Positions 24,101 to 37,269 are shown, numbered from the stretch's first letter. The stretch is DNA of 64,000 nt from Balanoglossus misakiensis (GCA_040954595.2 CM082583.2:714542-778541); one strand, 5' to 3'. The notes: a model not told the origin generated them from the sequence alone. Program-made: numbers and translations.

Positions 24101-26880
24101 TAATACAAAATTGCGTTTTATTCGTTTTTGCACCAAAAAGGTCATTTTTAGGCAAAACATTCTTTATTTTATTAATTCGGTGACCTGATCATATATAAAC
24201 AATTGCTTGTATGTTAAAAGCTTTTATGACTTTTAAAAGCAGTGACACTGGCGGCATTCAACACGAAAATAACAATTTTAGCCACCATTTGGTCAAAATG
24301 GTAAATTTTTGAAAATTACAAAAAATACCTGTTTTCTACATTTTCGGAAATCTGATGGAGTATAGAATGCTCTTCGTATGTATATATCGATACAAATTCC
24401 ACAAAAGACCGTCTAATTTGGCTCACTGCAGACAAAATTGCGTTTTACCAAATTTTCCTTGAAAATGTCATTTTTAAAAAAAAAAGTAAAAAAACCTTTG
24501 TTCTTCGAATTTGGTGCCCTGATCATATATGACATGTTGATTGTATGTTAAAACTTTCGACCACTCCAAAAAAGCAGAGATATTGACGGAATTCAAGAAA
24601 AAATAGCAATTTTGGCCATATTTTGACAAAAATGGTAAATTTTTAAAAAATCATAAAAAATTAACTCTTTTCTTCATTTTCGGAAATATTATGGAGCATG
24701 AAGTGTCGTTCTCTTGTAAAAAGTGCTGCAAATTCAAGAAAAGGCGGTATAATTTAAATCACCCAAGACAAAATTACCATTTTCGACTTTTTTTCGAAAA
24801 ATTGTCTTTTTTACAAAATAAATAAGAATAAATTCTTTTCTTAGTTTCAAACGGGTAGAGATACTTTCCACACGGGTTTTCTAACATTGAATTCCCGTTC
24901 ATCAACTCAGATTTCCTACAGCATAAGTCGGCTAAAACCCTGACACTCTAGAGCAGAAACAGTTGCACACTGGTAACGTTGAACAAGTCGATTTTTCTAC
25001 GGCCTGGCTCGGCTAAATCTCCGTCACAATATGACAGACACTAGCGTACGTTAGCAACGGTGATGAAGTCAGATTTTCTACGGCATGGCTTGGATAAAGC
25101 CCCGGCACTCTAAAGCAGAAACACGCGTACAGAGAGCACGTTGATCAAGTCTGATCTCCTACGGCTTGGCTCGACTAAAACCCCGGCACACTATGACAGA
25201 CACTAGCGTTCGTTAGCAACGTTGATCAAGTCAGATTTCCTACGGCATGGCTTGGCTAAAGCCCTGGCACTCTAGAGCAGAAACACGCGTACAGAGAACA
25301 CGTTGATCTACTCACATTTCCTTCGGCCTGGCACGGCTGATGCCCCGGCACTATATATAGGACACAGACTGGCGTAAGTTAACAACGGTAATCACGTCTG
25401 GTTTCCTACGGCCTGGCTCAGCTGAAGCCCCGGCACTCTAGAGCAGAAACAGGCGTACATTGACCACGTTGATCAAATCAGATTCCTACGGCGTGACTCG
25501 GCTGGTGCACCGGCTCTATATGACACAGACTGGCGTAAGTTATCAACGGTGATTACGTCGGATTTCCTACGGCCTGGTTTAGCTGAAGCCCCGGCACTCT
25601 AGAGCAGAAACACGCGTACATTGACCACGATGATCAAGTCAGATCTCCTACGGCCTGGCTCGACTAAAACCCCGGCACACCATGACAGACACTAGCGTTC
25701 GTTAGCAACGGTGATCAAGTCGGATTTCCTTCGGCCTGGCTCTGCAAAAGACCCGACACTCTAGTACAAATACGTTGGCTAAGTCGGGCAAACCGAAGAG
25801 GGAAAGTCACAGCGGGTCAACACTCGACATTTGTTCGGGTAGGACTGCATTATTGCCTGTCAATTTATAGAGAAAGCCCGAATTTAACAAGGGCGCTTCA
25901 AACACCGACGTTAGTTGGGGGCACGGCCTGCAGTACTGACGGGTAAGCTGACATCGGCGTACCGCATATAATGTAGGGGGGGGGGGGGGACAGAACGTTT
26001 CAATACTACATTTATTAGATATCAGCTAATTTTGGACAATCATCTAAAATCTAAATCATTTTTTTCATATTTGGATATCTGATGATGTATGAAATTTCCA
26101 TTATATGTAAAAATGGTGCTGATTATAAAAAATGCACTCTGAATGAGCTGATTTAATACAAAATTGCGTTTTATTCGTTTTTGCACCAAAAAGGTCATTT
26201 TTAGGGAAAACATTCTTAATTCTTTAAATTCGGTGACCTGATCATATATAAACAATTGCTTGTATGTTAAAAGTTTTATTGACTTTTAAAAGCAGTGACA
26301 CTGGCGGCATTCAACACGAAAATAACAATTTTAGCCACAATTTGGTCAAAATGGTAAATTTTTGAAAATTACAAAAAATACCTGTTTTCTACATTTTCGG
26401 AAATCTGATGGAGTATAGAATGCTATTCGTATGTATATATCGATACAAAAGTCCACAAAAGACCGTCTAATTTGGCTCACTGCAGACAAAATTGCTATTT
26501 ACGAAATTTTCCTTGAAAATGTCACTTTAGAAAAAAAAATAAAAAACCTTTGTTCTTCGAATTTGGTGCCTGATCATATATGACATGTTGATTGTATGTT
26601 AAAACGTGCGACCACTCCAAAAATGCTGAGATATTGACGGAATTCAAGAAAAAATAGCCATTTTGGCCATATTTTGACAAAAATGGAAAATTTTTAAAAA
26701 AATCTTAAAAAATTAACTCTTTTCTTCATTTTCGGAAATATTATGGAGCATGAAGTGTCGTTCTCTTGTAAAAAGTGCTGCAAATTCTAGAAAAGGCGGT
26801 ATAATTTGAATCACCCAAGACAAAATTACCATTTTCGACTTTTTTTCGAAAAATTGTCTTTTTTACAAAATAAATAAGAA

Positions 26881-28033
26881 TTAAAGCTGCAAGCAGCATT
26901 GTCCGGGCCCAAGCTCTATTATCTGATCTGATGCTAATATAGTGTTAAGTAGGTCAAAGGTCACCCGAGGTCACCCAACATTTGGGCAAAATATTTTGAC
27001 CCCATACTGGTCCATGTATAACAAAAACAAAACCTCTAGGTCTATTGGTTCATCATTAATTAGGTATGCGCATATTTAATGAGGTCACCAGAGGTCAAAG
27101 GGGTCATGAAAAGTAGCAAAATGTTTTGATCACATACAAATCCACATACATCAAAAACCAAACTTATAGCCCTATTGGTTAGCCTGGAATTAGATATGCA
27201 GAAAAATGATTCGTCAAAAGTAGGTCAAAGGTCATTGCAAAATTACAAAAATATTTATAGCTTATTCTTGTCATATGATGATTCATATCCATAAAAAGAA
27301 TTTCTGTGCTATCAATTTTTAGGCTAGAAAAGGAATTTTTACTTTTTAATCGTTTTTCACAAAATCCAATATGGCCGCCATAATCTTCAACCAATCACAT
27401 TCCCCTTCGCAAACTTGATAGACATCCGTTTAATGACCACACACACCAAATCTTGTGACTCGGTTATCGCCCGTTCTGGAGGAGAAGATTTTTGAAGTTT
27501 TACTATGGTTTTTCGAAAATTCAATATGGCCGCCATAATCTTTGACCAATCACAATGATCTTCGCAAACTTGATAGACATCAGTTAGGTGACCACATAAC
27601 CCAAACGGCGTGACTCGGTTATCGCCGGTTCTGGAGAAGAAGATTTTTGAAATTTTGACCAGATTTCAGAAAAACAACTGTAGCAAAAAAACTGCAACAT
27701 TGACAGCAAAATATCCAATTACAAAAATGATGGGCAGAGGGTATACTACCAGCACGCCAAATCTGAAGTCGATCTGACTTGTAGTTTCTGAGATCTGAGA
27801 TTTGCATTTTTTCAGAAAATCCAATATGGCCGCCATGTCACGTGACTAATTAAGTATTCACAAGTCACTGCACATCTACTCATTGACCTTGACCACTGTA
27901 GCAAGTTTGAGAACTGTACCTGCAGCGGTGTCTGAGATCTAGAGCGCGAAAGAAATGAACCAAGAATAAAGAAAGAAAGAAAAACCCCAACGAAACCAAT
28001 ACGGGCCCAAGCCTGGCTTGGCTTGGGCCCGTA
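26881..28033 (-). mobile_element. Helentron-associated non-autonomous element (HINE/DINE-1-like)
   Basis: Interrupts satellite taagaataaattc. On the minus strand: subTIR plus inverted copy (acgggcccaagc...gcttgggcccgt), (TTTC)n, ~154-bp internal repeats, a second subTIR gcttgggcccgg and a terminal stem-loop gctgc-tt-gcagc. Confidence 0.85.
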
Positions 28034-31000
28034 ATAAATTCTTTTCTTAGTTTCAAACGGGTAGAGATACTTTCCACGCGGGTTTTCTAACATTGAAATC
28101 CCGTTCATCAACTCAGATTTCCTACAGCATAAGTCGGCTAAAACCCTGACACTCTAGAGCAGAAACAGTTGCACACTGGTAACGATGAACAAGTCGAATT
28201 TTCTACGGCCTGGCTCGGGTAAATCTCCGTCACAATATGACAGACACTAGCGTACGTTAGCAACGGTGATCAAGTCAGATTTCCTACGGCCTGGCTCAGC
28301 TGAAGCCCCGGCACTCTAGAGCAGAAACAGGCGTACATTGACCACGTTGATCAAGTCAGATTTCCTACGGCATGACTCGGCTGGTGCACCGGCTCTATAT
28401 GACACAGACTGGCGTAAGTTATCAACGGTGATTACGTCGTATTTCCTACGGCCTGGTTTAGCTGAAGACCCTGGCACTTTAGAGCGAAAACACGCGTACA
28501 TTGACCACGATGATCAAGTCAGATCTCCTACGGCTTGGCTCGACTAAAACCCCGGCACAATATGACAGACACTAGCGTTCGTTAGCAACGTTGATCAAGT
28601 CAGATTTCCTACGGCATGGCTTGGCTAAAGCCCTGGCATTCTAGAGCAGAAACACGCGTACAGAGACCACATTGATCTACTCACATTTCCTTAGGCCTGG
28701 CACGGCTGATGCCCCGGCACTATATATAGGACACAGACTGGCGTAAGTTAACAACGGTAATCACGTCGGGTTTCCTACGGCCTGGATCAGCTGAAGCCCC
28801 GGCACTCTAGAGCAGAAACAGGCGTACATTGACCACGTTGATCAAGTCAGATTTCCTACGGCCTGGCTCGACTAAAACCCCGGCACACCATGACAGACAC
28901 TAGCGTTCGTTAGCAACGGTGATCAAGTCGGATTTCCTTCGGCCTGGCTCGGCAAAAGACCCGACACTCTAGTACAAAGACGTTGGCTAAGTCGGGCAAA
29001 CCGAAGAGGGAAAGTCACAGCGGGTCAACACTCGACATTTGTTCGGGTAGGACTGCATTATTGCCTGTCAATTTATTGAGAAAGCCCGAATTTAACACGG
29101 GCGTTTCAAACACCGACGTTAGTTGGGGGGCACGGCCTGCAGTACTGCCGGGTAAGCTGACATCGGCGGACCGCATATAATGTAGGGGGGGGGGGGGGAA
29201 ACAGAACGGCTCAATACTACATTTATTAGATATCAGCTAATTTTGGACAATCATCTAAAATCTAAATCATTTTTTCATATTTGGATATCTGATGATGTAT
29301 GAAATTTCCATTATATGTAAAAATGGTGCTGATTATAAAAAATACACTCTGAATGAGCTGATTTAATACAAAATTGCGTTTTATTTGTTTTTGCACCAAA
29401 AAGGTCATTTTTAGGCAAAACATTCTTTATTTTTTTAATTCGGTGACCTGATCATATATAAACAATTGCTTGTATGTTAAAAGTTTTTATGACTTTTAAA
29501 AGCAGGGACACTGGCGGCATTCAACACGAAAATAACAATTTTAGCCACAATTTGGTCAAAATGGTAAATTTTTGAAAATTACAAAAAATACCTGTTTTCT
29601 ACATTTTCGGAAATCTGATGGAGTATACAATGCTCTTCGTATGTATATATCGATACAAATTCCACAAAAGACCGTCTAATTTGGCTCACTGCAGACAAAA
29701 TTGTGTTTTACCAAATTTTGCTTGAAAATGTCATTTTTAGAAAAATAAATAAAAAAACCTTTGTTCTTCGAATTTGGTGCCCTGATCATATATGACATGT
29801 TGATTGTATGTTAAAACTTTCGACCACTCCAAAAATGCAGAGATATTGACGGAATTCAAGAAAAAATAGCCATTTTGGCCATATTTTGACTAAATGGTAA
29901 ATTTTTAAAAAATCATAAAAAATAAACTCTTTTCTTCATTTTCGGAAAAATTATGGAGCATGAAGTGTCGTTCTCTTGTAAAAAGTGCTGCAAATTCCAG
30001 AAAAGGCGGTATAATTTGAATCACCCAAGACAAAATTACCATTTTCGACTTTTTTTCGAAAAATTGTCTTTTTTACAAAATAAATAAGAATAAATTCTTT
30101 TCTTAGTTTCAAACGGGTAGAGATACTTTCCACACGGGTTTTCTAACATTGAATTCCCGTTCATCAACTCAGATTTCTTACAGCATAAGTCGGCTAAAAC
30201 CCTGACACTCTAGAGCAGAAACAGTTGCACACTGGTAACGTTGAACAAGTCGATTTTTCTACGGCCTGGCTCGGCTAAATCTCCGTCACAATATGACAGA
30301 CACTAGCGTACGTTAGCAACGGTGATCAAGTCAGATTTTCTACGGCATGGCCTGGATAAAGCCCCGGCACTCTAGAGCAGAAACACGCGTACAGAGACCA
30401 CGTTGATCAAGTCTGATCTCCTACGGCTTGGCTCGACTGAAACCCCGGCACACTATGACAGACACTAGCGTTCGTTAGCAACGTTGATCAAGTCAGATTT
30501 CCTACGGCATGGCTTTGCTAAAGCCCTGACACTCTAGAGCAGAAACACGCGTACAGAGACCATGTTGATCTACTCACATTTCCTTCGGCCTGGCACGGCT
30601 GATGCCCCGGCACTATATATAGGACACAGCCTGGCGTAAGTTAACAACGGTAATCACGTCGGGTTTCCTACGGCCTGGCTCAGCTGAAGCCCCGGCACTC
30701 TAGAGCAGAAACAGGCGTACATTGACCACGTTGATCAAGTCAGATTTCCTACGGCGTGACTCGGCTGGTGCACCGGCTCTATATGACACAGACTGGCGTA
30801 AGTTATCAACGGTGATTACGTCAGATTTCCTACGGCCTGGTTTAGCTGAAGCCCCGGCACTTTAGAGCGGAAACACGCGTTCATTGACCACGATGATCAA
30901 GTCAGATCTCCTACGGCCTGGCTCGACTAAAACCCCGGCACACCATGACAGACACTAGCGTTCGTTAGCAACGGTGATCAAGTCGGATTTCCTTCGGCCT

Positions 31001-32490
31001 GGCTCTGCAAAAGACCCGACACTCTAGTACAAAGACGTTGGCTAAGTCGGGCCAACCGAAGAGGGAAAGTCACAGCGGGTCAACACTCGACATTTGTTCG
31101 GGTAGGACTACATTATTGCCTGTCAATTTATAGAGAAAGCCCGAATTTAACCAGGTCGTTTCAAACACCGACGTTAGTTGGGGGCACGGCCTGCAGTACT
31201 GCCGGGTAAGCTGACATCGGCGTACCGCATATAATGTAGGGGGGGGGACAGAACGGTTCAATACTACATTTATTAGATATCAGCTAATTTTGGACAATCA
31301 TCTAAAATCTAAATCATTTTTTCATATTTGGATATCTGATGATGTAAAAATGGTGCTGATTCTAAAAAATGCACTCTGAATGAGCTGATTTAATACAAAA
31401 TTGCGTTTAATTCGTTTTTGCACCAAAAAGGTCATTTTTAGGCAAAACATTCTTTATTTTTTTAATTCGGTGACCTGATCATATATAAACAATTGCTTGT
31501 ATGTTAAAAGTTTTGATGACTTTTAAAAGCAGTGACACTGGCGGCATTCAACACGAAAATAACAATTTTAGCCACAATTTGGTCAAAATGGTAAATTTTT
31601 GAAAATTACAAAAAATACATATTTTCTACATTTTCGGAAATCTGATGGAGTATAGAATGCTCTTCGTATGTATATATCGATACAAATTCCACAAAAGACT
31701 GTCTAATTTGGCTCACTGCAGACAAAATTGCGTTTTACCAAATTTTCCTTGAAAATGTCATTTTTAGAAAAAAAAATGAAAAAAACCTTTGTTCTTCGAA
31801 TTTGGTGCCCTGATCATATATGACATGTTGATTGTATGTTAAAACTTTTGACCACTCCAAAAATGCAGAGATATTGACGGAATTCAAGATAAAATAGCCA
31901 TTTTGGCCATATTTTGAGAAAAATGGTAATTTTTTAAAAAATCATAAACAAATTAACTCTTTTCTTCATTTTCGGAAATATTATGGAGCATGAAGTGTCG
32001 TTCTCTTGTAAAAAGTGCTGCAAATTCCAGAAAAGGCGGTATAATTTGAATCACCCAAGACAAAATTACCATTTTCGACTTTTTTTCGAAATATCGTCTT
32101 TTTACAAAATAAATAAGAATAAATTCTTTTCTTAGTTTCAAACGGGTAGAGATACTTTCCACACGGGTTTTCTAACAATGAATTTCCGTTCATCAACTCA
32201 GATTTCCTACAGCATAAGTCAGCTAAAACCCTGACACTCTAGAGCAGAAACAGTTGCACAAATGGTAACGTTGAACAAGTCGATTTTTCTACGGCCTGGC
32301 TCGGCTAAATCTCCGTCACAATATGACAGACACTAGCGTACGTTAGCAACGGTGGATTGAACCTGTGGCTCTCGAAGGGTGTGCCTCGTGCGGACTGAGC
32401 TCCCGAAGCTAACTGAAAATTCTACCGCATTTCCTCCAAAATTTTAACCAACGCGGTCCTGACTTGGTGACGAAAGACATATTTTACACG

Positions 32491-33753
32491 ATGGGAGTTG
32501 CTCTAAACGCCTGGCGTTGTCGTATCGGCTGTTTTTCGCAACCAACTTCGTGGAAAATGGTAACTTTGCCGTCGGAATACGACCCACATACCAGATGGTC
32601 ATTAGCAATGGAAATTATCTACCGATTAGCATGCACACTGATGGTAACACTGCCTGTGCTTGTCATTAGTCTCGCTTTCGCAGATGAGGAGACACTGAAG
32701 CTCGCCAACTCAGCGGTGCTCACGTATTTCTCGGAGACGTATGAGATGTTGGCGGTGCAAACACCATGGGGAAACGGACTCCGTACGGACTATAGTATGA
32801 CATTGTTTGAAAATCATGGTGAGTGCATGGATTTGTACGCCGAACACTGTATTAGTTCAAATGTGGTAAATATATACGGTTCCGAGCAACGGCTACTTTT
32901 GAGCGGTGATATTGAATCTAACCCCGGCCCAAACCAGCCAAAAACAACGAAACAACCGAAAATTACGGACACGGTTTGTGGAGGGGTACGGGAACTACGC
33001 AGTACCACCCGTTCTATGTCGCTTGAAGAGCTGCACACGGACAACACTACAGGTAAAATTGGTGATAGCAGTTTTACGATGAACGATATTATGAATGAAC
33101 TTGGCAGTGTAAAACGGTCAATATCATCTCAAATTAAATCTCTATCAGACGAGATTCATACCAAAATAGGTCAATTGGAAACAGATATGACAGATTTGAG
33201 GAAGGAACAACAGCATGAACATGAAAAAGTTAGAATACTTCAGATTGAAAACGAACAGTTACGTGAACGAGTGTGCAAAGTGGAGGCCGAATCTGACTAC
33301 CTCTCATCGCAATTAAAACGTAATAATATTATTGTGCATGGAATTGCTGAGTCACAAGATGGCAGTGAAACTTGGTCGGAAAGCGAAGAAAAGGTGAAAA
33401 CGTTATTGGAAAAGGAACTAGGTGTTGATGACGTGGAACTGGAACGAGCACACCGCCTGAATACCAGATCGAGACCGCGACCAATCATAGCCAAGTGCGC
33501 AAGTTTCAAGCAGAAAGAACAGGTGCTGCGTGCGACGTCGAAGTGGAAGGGAACACAGACACAGTACCGCATCGCCGAAGACTTTTCAGCACGTGTACGT
33601 AATACCAGAAAGAACTTATTTAAATTTCTTAGACAAGCCCGTGAAAACAATAAACGTTGCAAACTCTCCTACGATAAAATTATTATTGAAGGTACAGCAT
33701 ATACATATGATGCAAACAATGATAATATTAAACCTGTCAATAAGTCGAAATAA
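32491..33753 (+). CDS. LINE ORF1: hydrophobic leader, 2A-like peptide, coiled coil and L1/Tnp22-type RRM-CTD
   Basis: First ATG at 32491; IIYRLACTLMVTLPVLVISLAFA; LLLSGDIESNPGP; heptad-like IGQLETDMTDLRKE; KRNNIIVHGIAE, LERAHRL, RPRPIIAK, IAEDFS. Confidence 0.9.
   Translation: MGVALNAWRCRIGCFSQPTSWKMVTLPSEYDPHTRWSLAMEIIYRLACTLMVTLPVLVISLAFADEETLKLANSAVLTYFSETYEMLAVQTPWGNGLRTDYSMTLFENHGECMDLYAEHCISSNVVNIYGSEQRLLLSGDIESNPGPNQPKTTKQPKITDTVCGGVRELRSTTRSMSLEELHTDNTTGKIGDSSFTMNDIMNELGSVKRSISSQIKSLSDEIHTKIGQLETDMTDLRKEQQHEHEKVRILQIENEQLRERVCKVEAESDYLSSQLKRNNIIVHGIAESQDGSETWSESEEKVKTLLEKELGVDDVELERAHRLNTRSRPRPIIAKCASFKQKEQVLRATSKWKGTQTQYRIAEDFSARVRNTRKNLFKFLRQARENNKRCKLSYDKIIIEGTAYTYDANNDNIKPVNKSK
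32893..32931 (+). other. 2A/StopGo ribosomal-skipping motif (GDIESNPG-P)
   Basis: Exact match to the D(V/I)ExNPGP consensus, preceded by LLLSG, in frame in ORF1. Confidence 0.85.
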
Positions 33754-33870
33754 TGGTTAGGTCAAGGCCCGAATATTGAAAACAAGCAGGATGATTATGA
33801 TGGAAATAGCATTGATGTACACACCTGTTATAATACAGAGAATAGAAATAGTGACAGCTCAACAGCCGCA

Positions 33871-36800
33871 TTGAAATTAATGACGCTGAATGTAAGAGGC
33901 CTCAAAAGTAAGCTGTCTTTAAATGATTTTCTGTCTACATGCAAATCGTATAATATTATTGGCTTTGTAGAAACATGGTTAGATATTGATGATACACCAA
34001 GTATCCCTGGTTATGTATGTTTTAACAAACCAAGAAAGAAAATACGTAAACGAGGGCGGAATGCAGGTGGAGTTGCTGTCTATGTTAGTGATAATGTTAC
34101 TGCTGGTATTACTCAATTACATTGTCAATTACAAGATGTTGTTGTATTGTTATTACATAATGATTTCTTTCACTTCACACCCCCTAAGGATGTGATATAT
34201 TGTTGCGTCTACATAGCTCCTGAGTACTCAACCGTATATAGTAGTTTATCAGATGAAAATGGTATAACTCTCTTAGAAGAATATATTACAAATATTTTGA
34301 CAGATTATCAAGATGTAAATATTATTTTAAGTGGCGACTTTAATGCAAGGACCTCATCGAATGATGACTTTATTGTGGACGACTCCACTGAATACTTGCC
34401 AATGGAATCATACATGTGTGACGAATTTACCATGCCACGTAAATCTAAAGATAAAATATTAAATAATTTTGGTAATTCTCTATTAATGCTTTGCAAAACG
34501 TTTGATGTACATATTATAAATGGTCGCAAGGACCAAGATGTTCCAGGAGAATTTACATGTTTTTCCCATAACGGATGCAGTGTTGTTGATTATATGATTG
34601 CTTCGACGGATTTATTTAAGGCAATAAGCTATTTTTCTGTGCTTAGTATAGACTTTTCTGACCATCTACCCATTGTGTTACATATTGACCTTGACATATA
34701 CACTAACTTTGAACAACCCATAATAATTGAAGAGAATTGTACAAAGAAATTAGTGAAGTTTAAGTGGAATCAAGAGTTGAAGGTTAATTTCATGGAAAGG
34801 GTGAACATGTCTGAACATTGGGATCATGTAACAACTGCCCTGAACAGAGGTGATGCTAATGAATGTGTTAAATATATAGGTACAATTTTTGAAGCCGCTG
34901 GGTCAGAAATGAAAGTGTGTACAAAATTAAATTACAACTCCCACTTGAAATGTAATATTCATGCTCCCTGGTTTGATGCTGAATGTATTTCTCTGAAATC
35001 TGTTAAAAATAAGAGCCTACGTAAATTTCGTATTATGAATAGAGAGGTCGATTTGTCGGAGTATAATGAAACTAAGAGGAAATTTAAGGTGCTTTGCAGA
35101 AAAAAGAAACGAGATTACCAAGAAGAATTAAAATTCTCACTTGTGAAAGACATCAGCGATACTGGTTCAATATGGGAAAAGTTTCGTTTGCTGAATAGGA
35201 AGTTTTCAAAGTCAGAAATCCCAGCCAGTCATTGGATTGAGCATTTCAAAAAGTTGTTTCAGGCCCTCCCTGTAGACATGGATATTCAGAACATAACAAT
35301 GGGCGACACTGGTTACGCATCTGATGAATTGATTTTGAATAAGCCTATTACAGTGGATGAGATATCTAAAGCCATCCAGAAGCTTAAAACTGGAAAAGCA
35401 CCGGGTTTCGATGGCCTGCCAGCTGAATTTTTTAAAGTATCTGAGAATATTCTCCTTCCATATCTTGTGCGCCTTTTCAATTTAATTTTTGACTCTGGAA
35501 ACTTTCCTGATGGTTGGTCCATGGGAGTCATTGTACCTCTCCACAAATCAGGCGATAAAGGCAATGTAAACAATTATAGAGGTATCACTCTTTTGAGTAA
35601 TTTCAGTAAAATTTTCACTACTATTCTTAACGATACGGAAGGCAAGTTATCAGAGTGTCAGGCAGGGTTTAGAAAAGGGTATTCCACTTTACATAATATT
35701 TTCTCTCTTTATGCAATTGTACAAAAATATCTGGGAAGACGAGGGGGACGATTTTATTGCGTTTTTGTTGACTTTGCCAAAGCATTTGACACTGTTAATC
35801 ATACACTTTTATTTATGTCACTTTTACAGATTGGTGTGCAAGGTAAAATGTTCATAATCCTTAAAAGCATATATAAAGACGTCAAATCTTGCGTCAGAGT
35901 GAAACAACATATAACAGAATGTTTTGACTGTCCATCGGGTGTGCGTCAAGGTTGCATCCTCAGCCCGTTTTTATTTGCTTTATTTATTAATGAACTACAA
36001 AATATGGTTGAAAATGCAGGTCACATGGGTATACAAATAACACAGGAATTGAAAGATATTTTCCTCCTACTGTATGCTGATGACATCACGATGTTTGCAG
36101 ACACTGTAGTTGGTTTGCAGAGGTTGCTAAACACGCTTAATTTATTTACTGAAAAATGTAAAATGAAAGTAAATTTGTCCAAAACAAAAATTATTGTATT
36201 TAGAAACGGTGGTATAATTAAGAAAACAGAAAAATGGCTATATGGAGGAGAACAAGTGAATGTTGTATCTTATTATAAATATCTGGGTATTGTGTTTTCT
36301 AGTCGAAATGTATGGTTTAAGGCTGTACAAACTTTATCTGAACAGGCCAAGAAAGCTATATTTACTGTCAACCGCTTTACAAGAAAATTTGGAGAACTCC
36401 CTTGTCAGCTTTATTTTAAAGTGTTTGATATAATGATCTTGCCAATTTTGACATATGGCTCAGAGATATGGGGTTTTCAACCCTACGCATGCGCAGAAAC
36501 TGTACATTATAAGTATTGTAAACGCTTTTTAGGCGTAAAAAGTAACACTCCAAATGCCGCTGTAATAGGGGAATTGGGCAGACCACCTATTTTCGTTCAT
36601 ACATACATTCGATGCATAAAATGGTGGCTGAAATTATTATCTATGCCAAATACACAAATAGCAAAACATTCATATACACTTCTTGTAAGAGAAGATTTAT
36701 TGGGGAAAACAAATTGGGCATCCCATATTCGTAATATACTTTATAGATATGGTTATGGATATGCTTGGATTAATCAGGGAGTTGGTAATGAAAAATTGTT

Positions 36801-37269
36801 TATTACACTGTTTTCAGATACAGTAAAAGATAATTGGCGTCAAGACTGGTGGGGGGAAATTTCTAGCACAAGCCGTTTACAAATGTTTTGTCAATTAAAG
36901 AATAGCCCATGCCTTGAAAATTATTTATTTAATGTTAAAATTAACAAACATAGAAAGGCCCTTTCACAGATACGATGTTCCGGCCACCAGCTTTCTATTG
37001 AAACTGGCCGCAGCAAAGGTCTGGATAGGTCTGAAAGGTTATGTGAAATTTGTAATACATGTATCGTTGAAGACGAATATCATTTTCTTTTTGAATGTAC
37101 ACTTTATCAAAATCTTAGGGAGAAATATTTACCAAAGTGTTTTACAAGATATCATTATCAAGCAAATATGGTCAAACTTTTCACCTCAGGTGATAATAAT
37201 ATTATAAATAACCTGGCAAAATATGTATATCAAGCATTCGAATTGCGTAAAGAAGCACTAAATTTGTAA
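33871..37269 (+). CDS. LINE ORF2: APE endonuclease, reverse transcriptase and C-terminal Cys/His motif
   Basis: LNVRGL, ETW, GDFNAR, VDY, SDHLP (APE); KAPGFDG, NYRGITL, QAGFR, FVDFAKAFD, GVRQGC, YADD, YKYLG (RT). The frame is open back to the ORF1 TAA at 33751. Confidence 0.96.
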   Translation: MKLMTLNVRGLKSKLSLNDFLSTCKSYNIIGFVETWLDIDDTPSIPGYVCFNKPRKKIRKRGRNAGGVAVYVSDNVTAGITQLHCQLQDVVVLLLHNDFFHFTPPKDVIYCCVYIAPEYSTVYSSLSDENGITLLEEYITNILTDYQDVNIILSGDFNARTSSNDDFIVDDSTEYLPMESYMCDEFTMPRKSKDKILNNFGNSLLMLCKTFDVHIINGRKDQDVPGEFTCFSHNGCSVVDYMIASTDLFKAISYFSVLSIDFSDHLPIVLHIDLDIYTNFEQPIIIEENCTKKLVKFKWNQELKVNFMERVNMSEHWDHVTTALNRGDANECVKYIGTIFEAAGSEMKVCTKLNYNSHLKCNIHAPWFDAECISLKSVKNKSLRKFRIMNREVDLSEYNETKRKFKVLCRKKKRDYQEELKFSLVKDISDTGSIWEKFRLLNRKFSKSEIPASHWIEHFKKLFQALPVDMDIQNITMGDTGYASDELILNKPITVDEISKAIQKLKTGKAPGFDGLPAEFFKVSENILLPYLVRLFNLIFDSGNFPDGWSMGVIVPLHKSGDKGNVNNYRGITLLSNFSKIFTTILNDTEGKLSECQAGFRKGYSTLHNIFSLYAIVQKYLGRRGGRFYCVFVDFAKAFDTVNHTLLFMSLLQIGVQGKMFIILKSIYKDVKSCVRVKQHITECFDCPSGVRQGCILSPFLFALFINELQNMVENAGHMGIQITQELKDIFLLLYADDITMFADTVVGLQRLLNTLNLFTEKCKMKVNLSKTKIIVFRNGGIIKKTEKWLYGGEQVNVVSYYKYLGIVFSSRNVWFKAVQTLSEQAKKAIFTVNRFTRKFGELPCQLYFKVFDIMILPILTYGSEIWGFQPYACAETVHYKYCKRFLGVKSNTPNAAVIGELGRPPIFVHTYIRCIKWWLKLLSMPNTQIAKHSYTLLVREDLLGKTNWASHIRNILYRYGYGYAWINQGVGNEKLFITLFSDTVKDNWRQDWWGEISSTSRLQMFCQLKNSPCLENYLFNVKINKHRKALSQIRCSGHQLSIETGRSKGLDRSERLCEICNTCIVEDEYHFLFECTLYQNLREKYLPKCFTRYHYQANMVKLFTSGDNNIINNLAKYVYQAFELRKEALNL

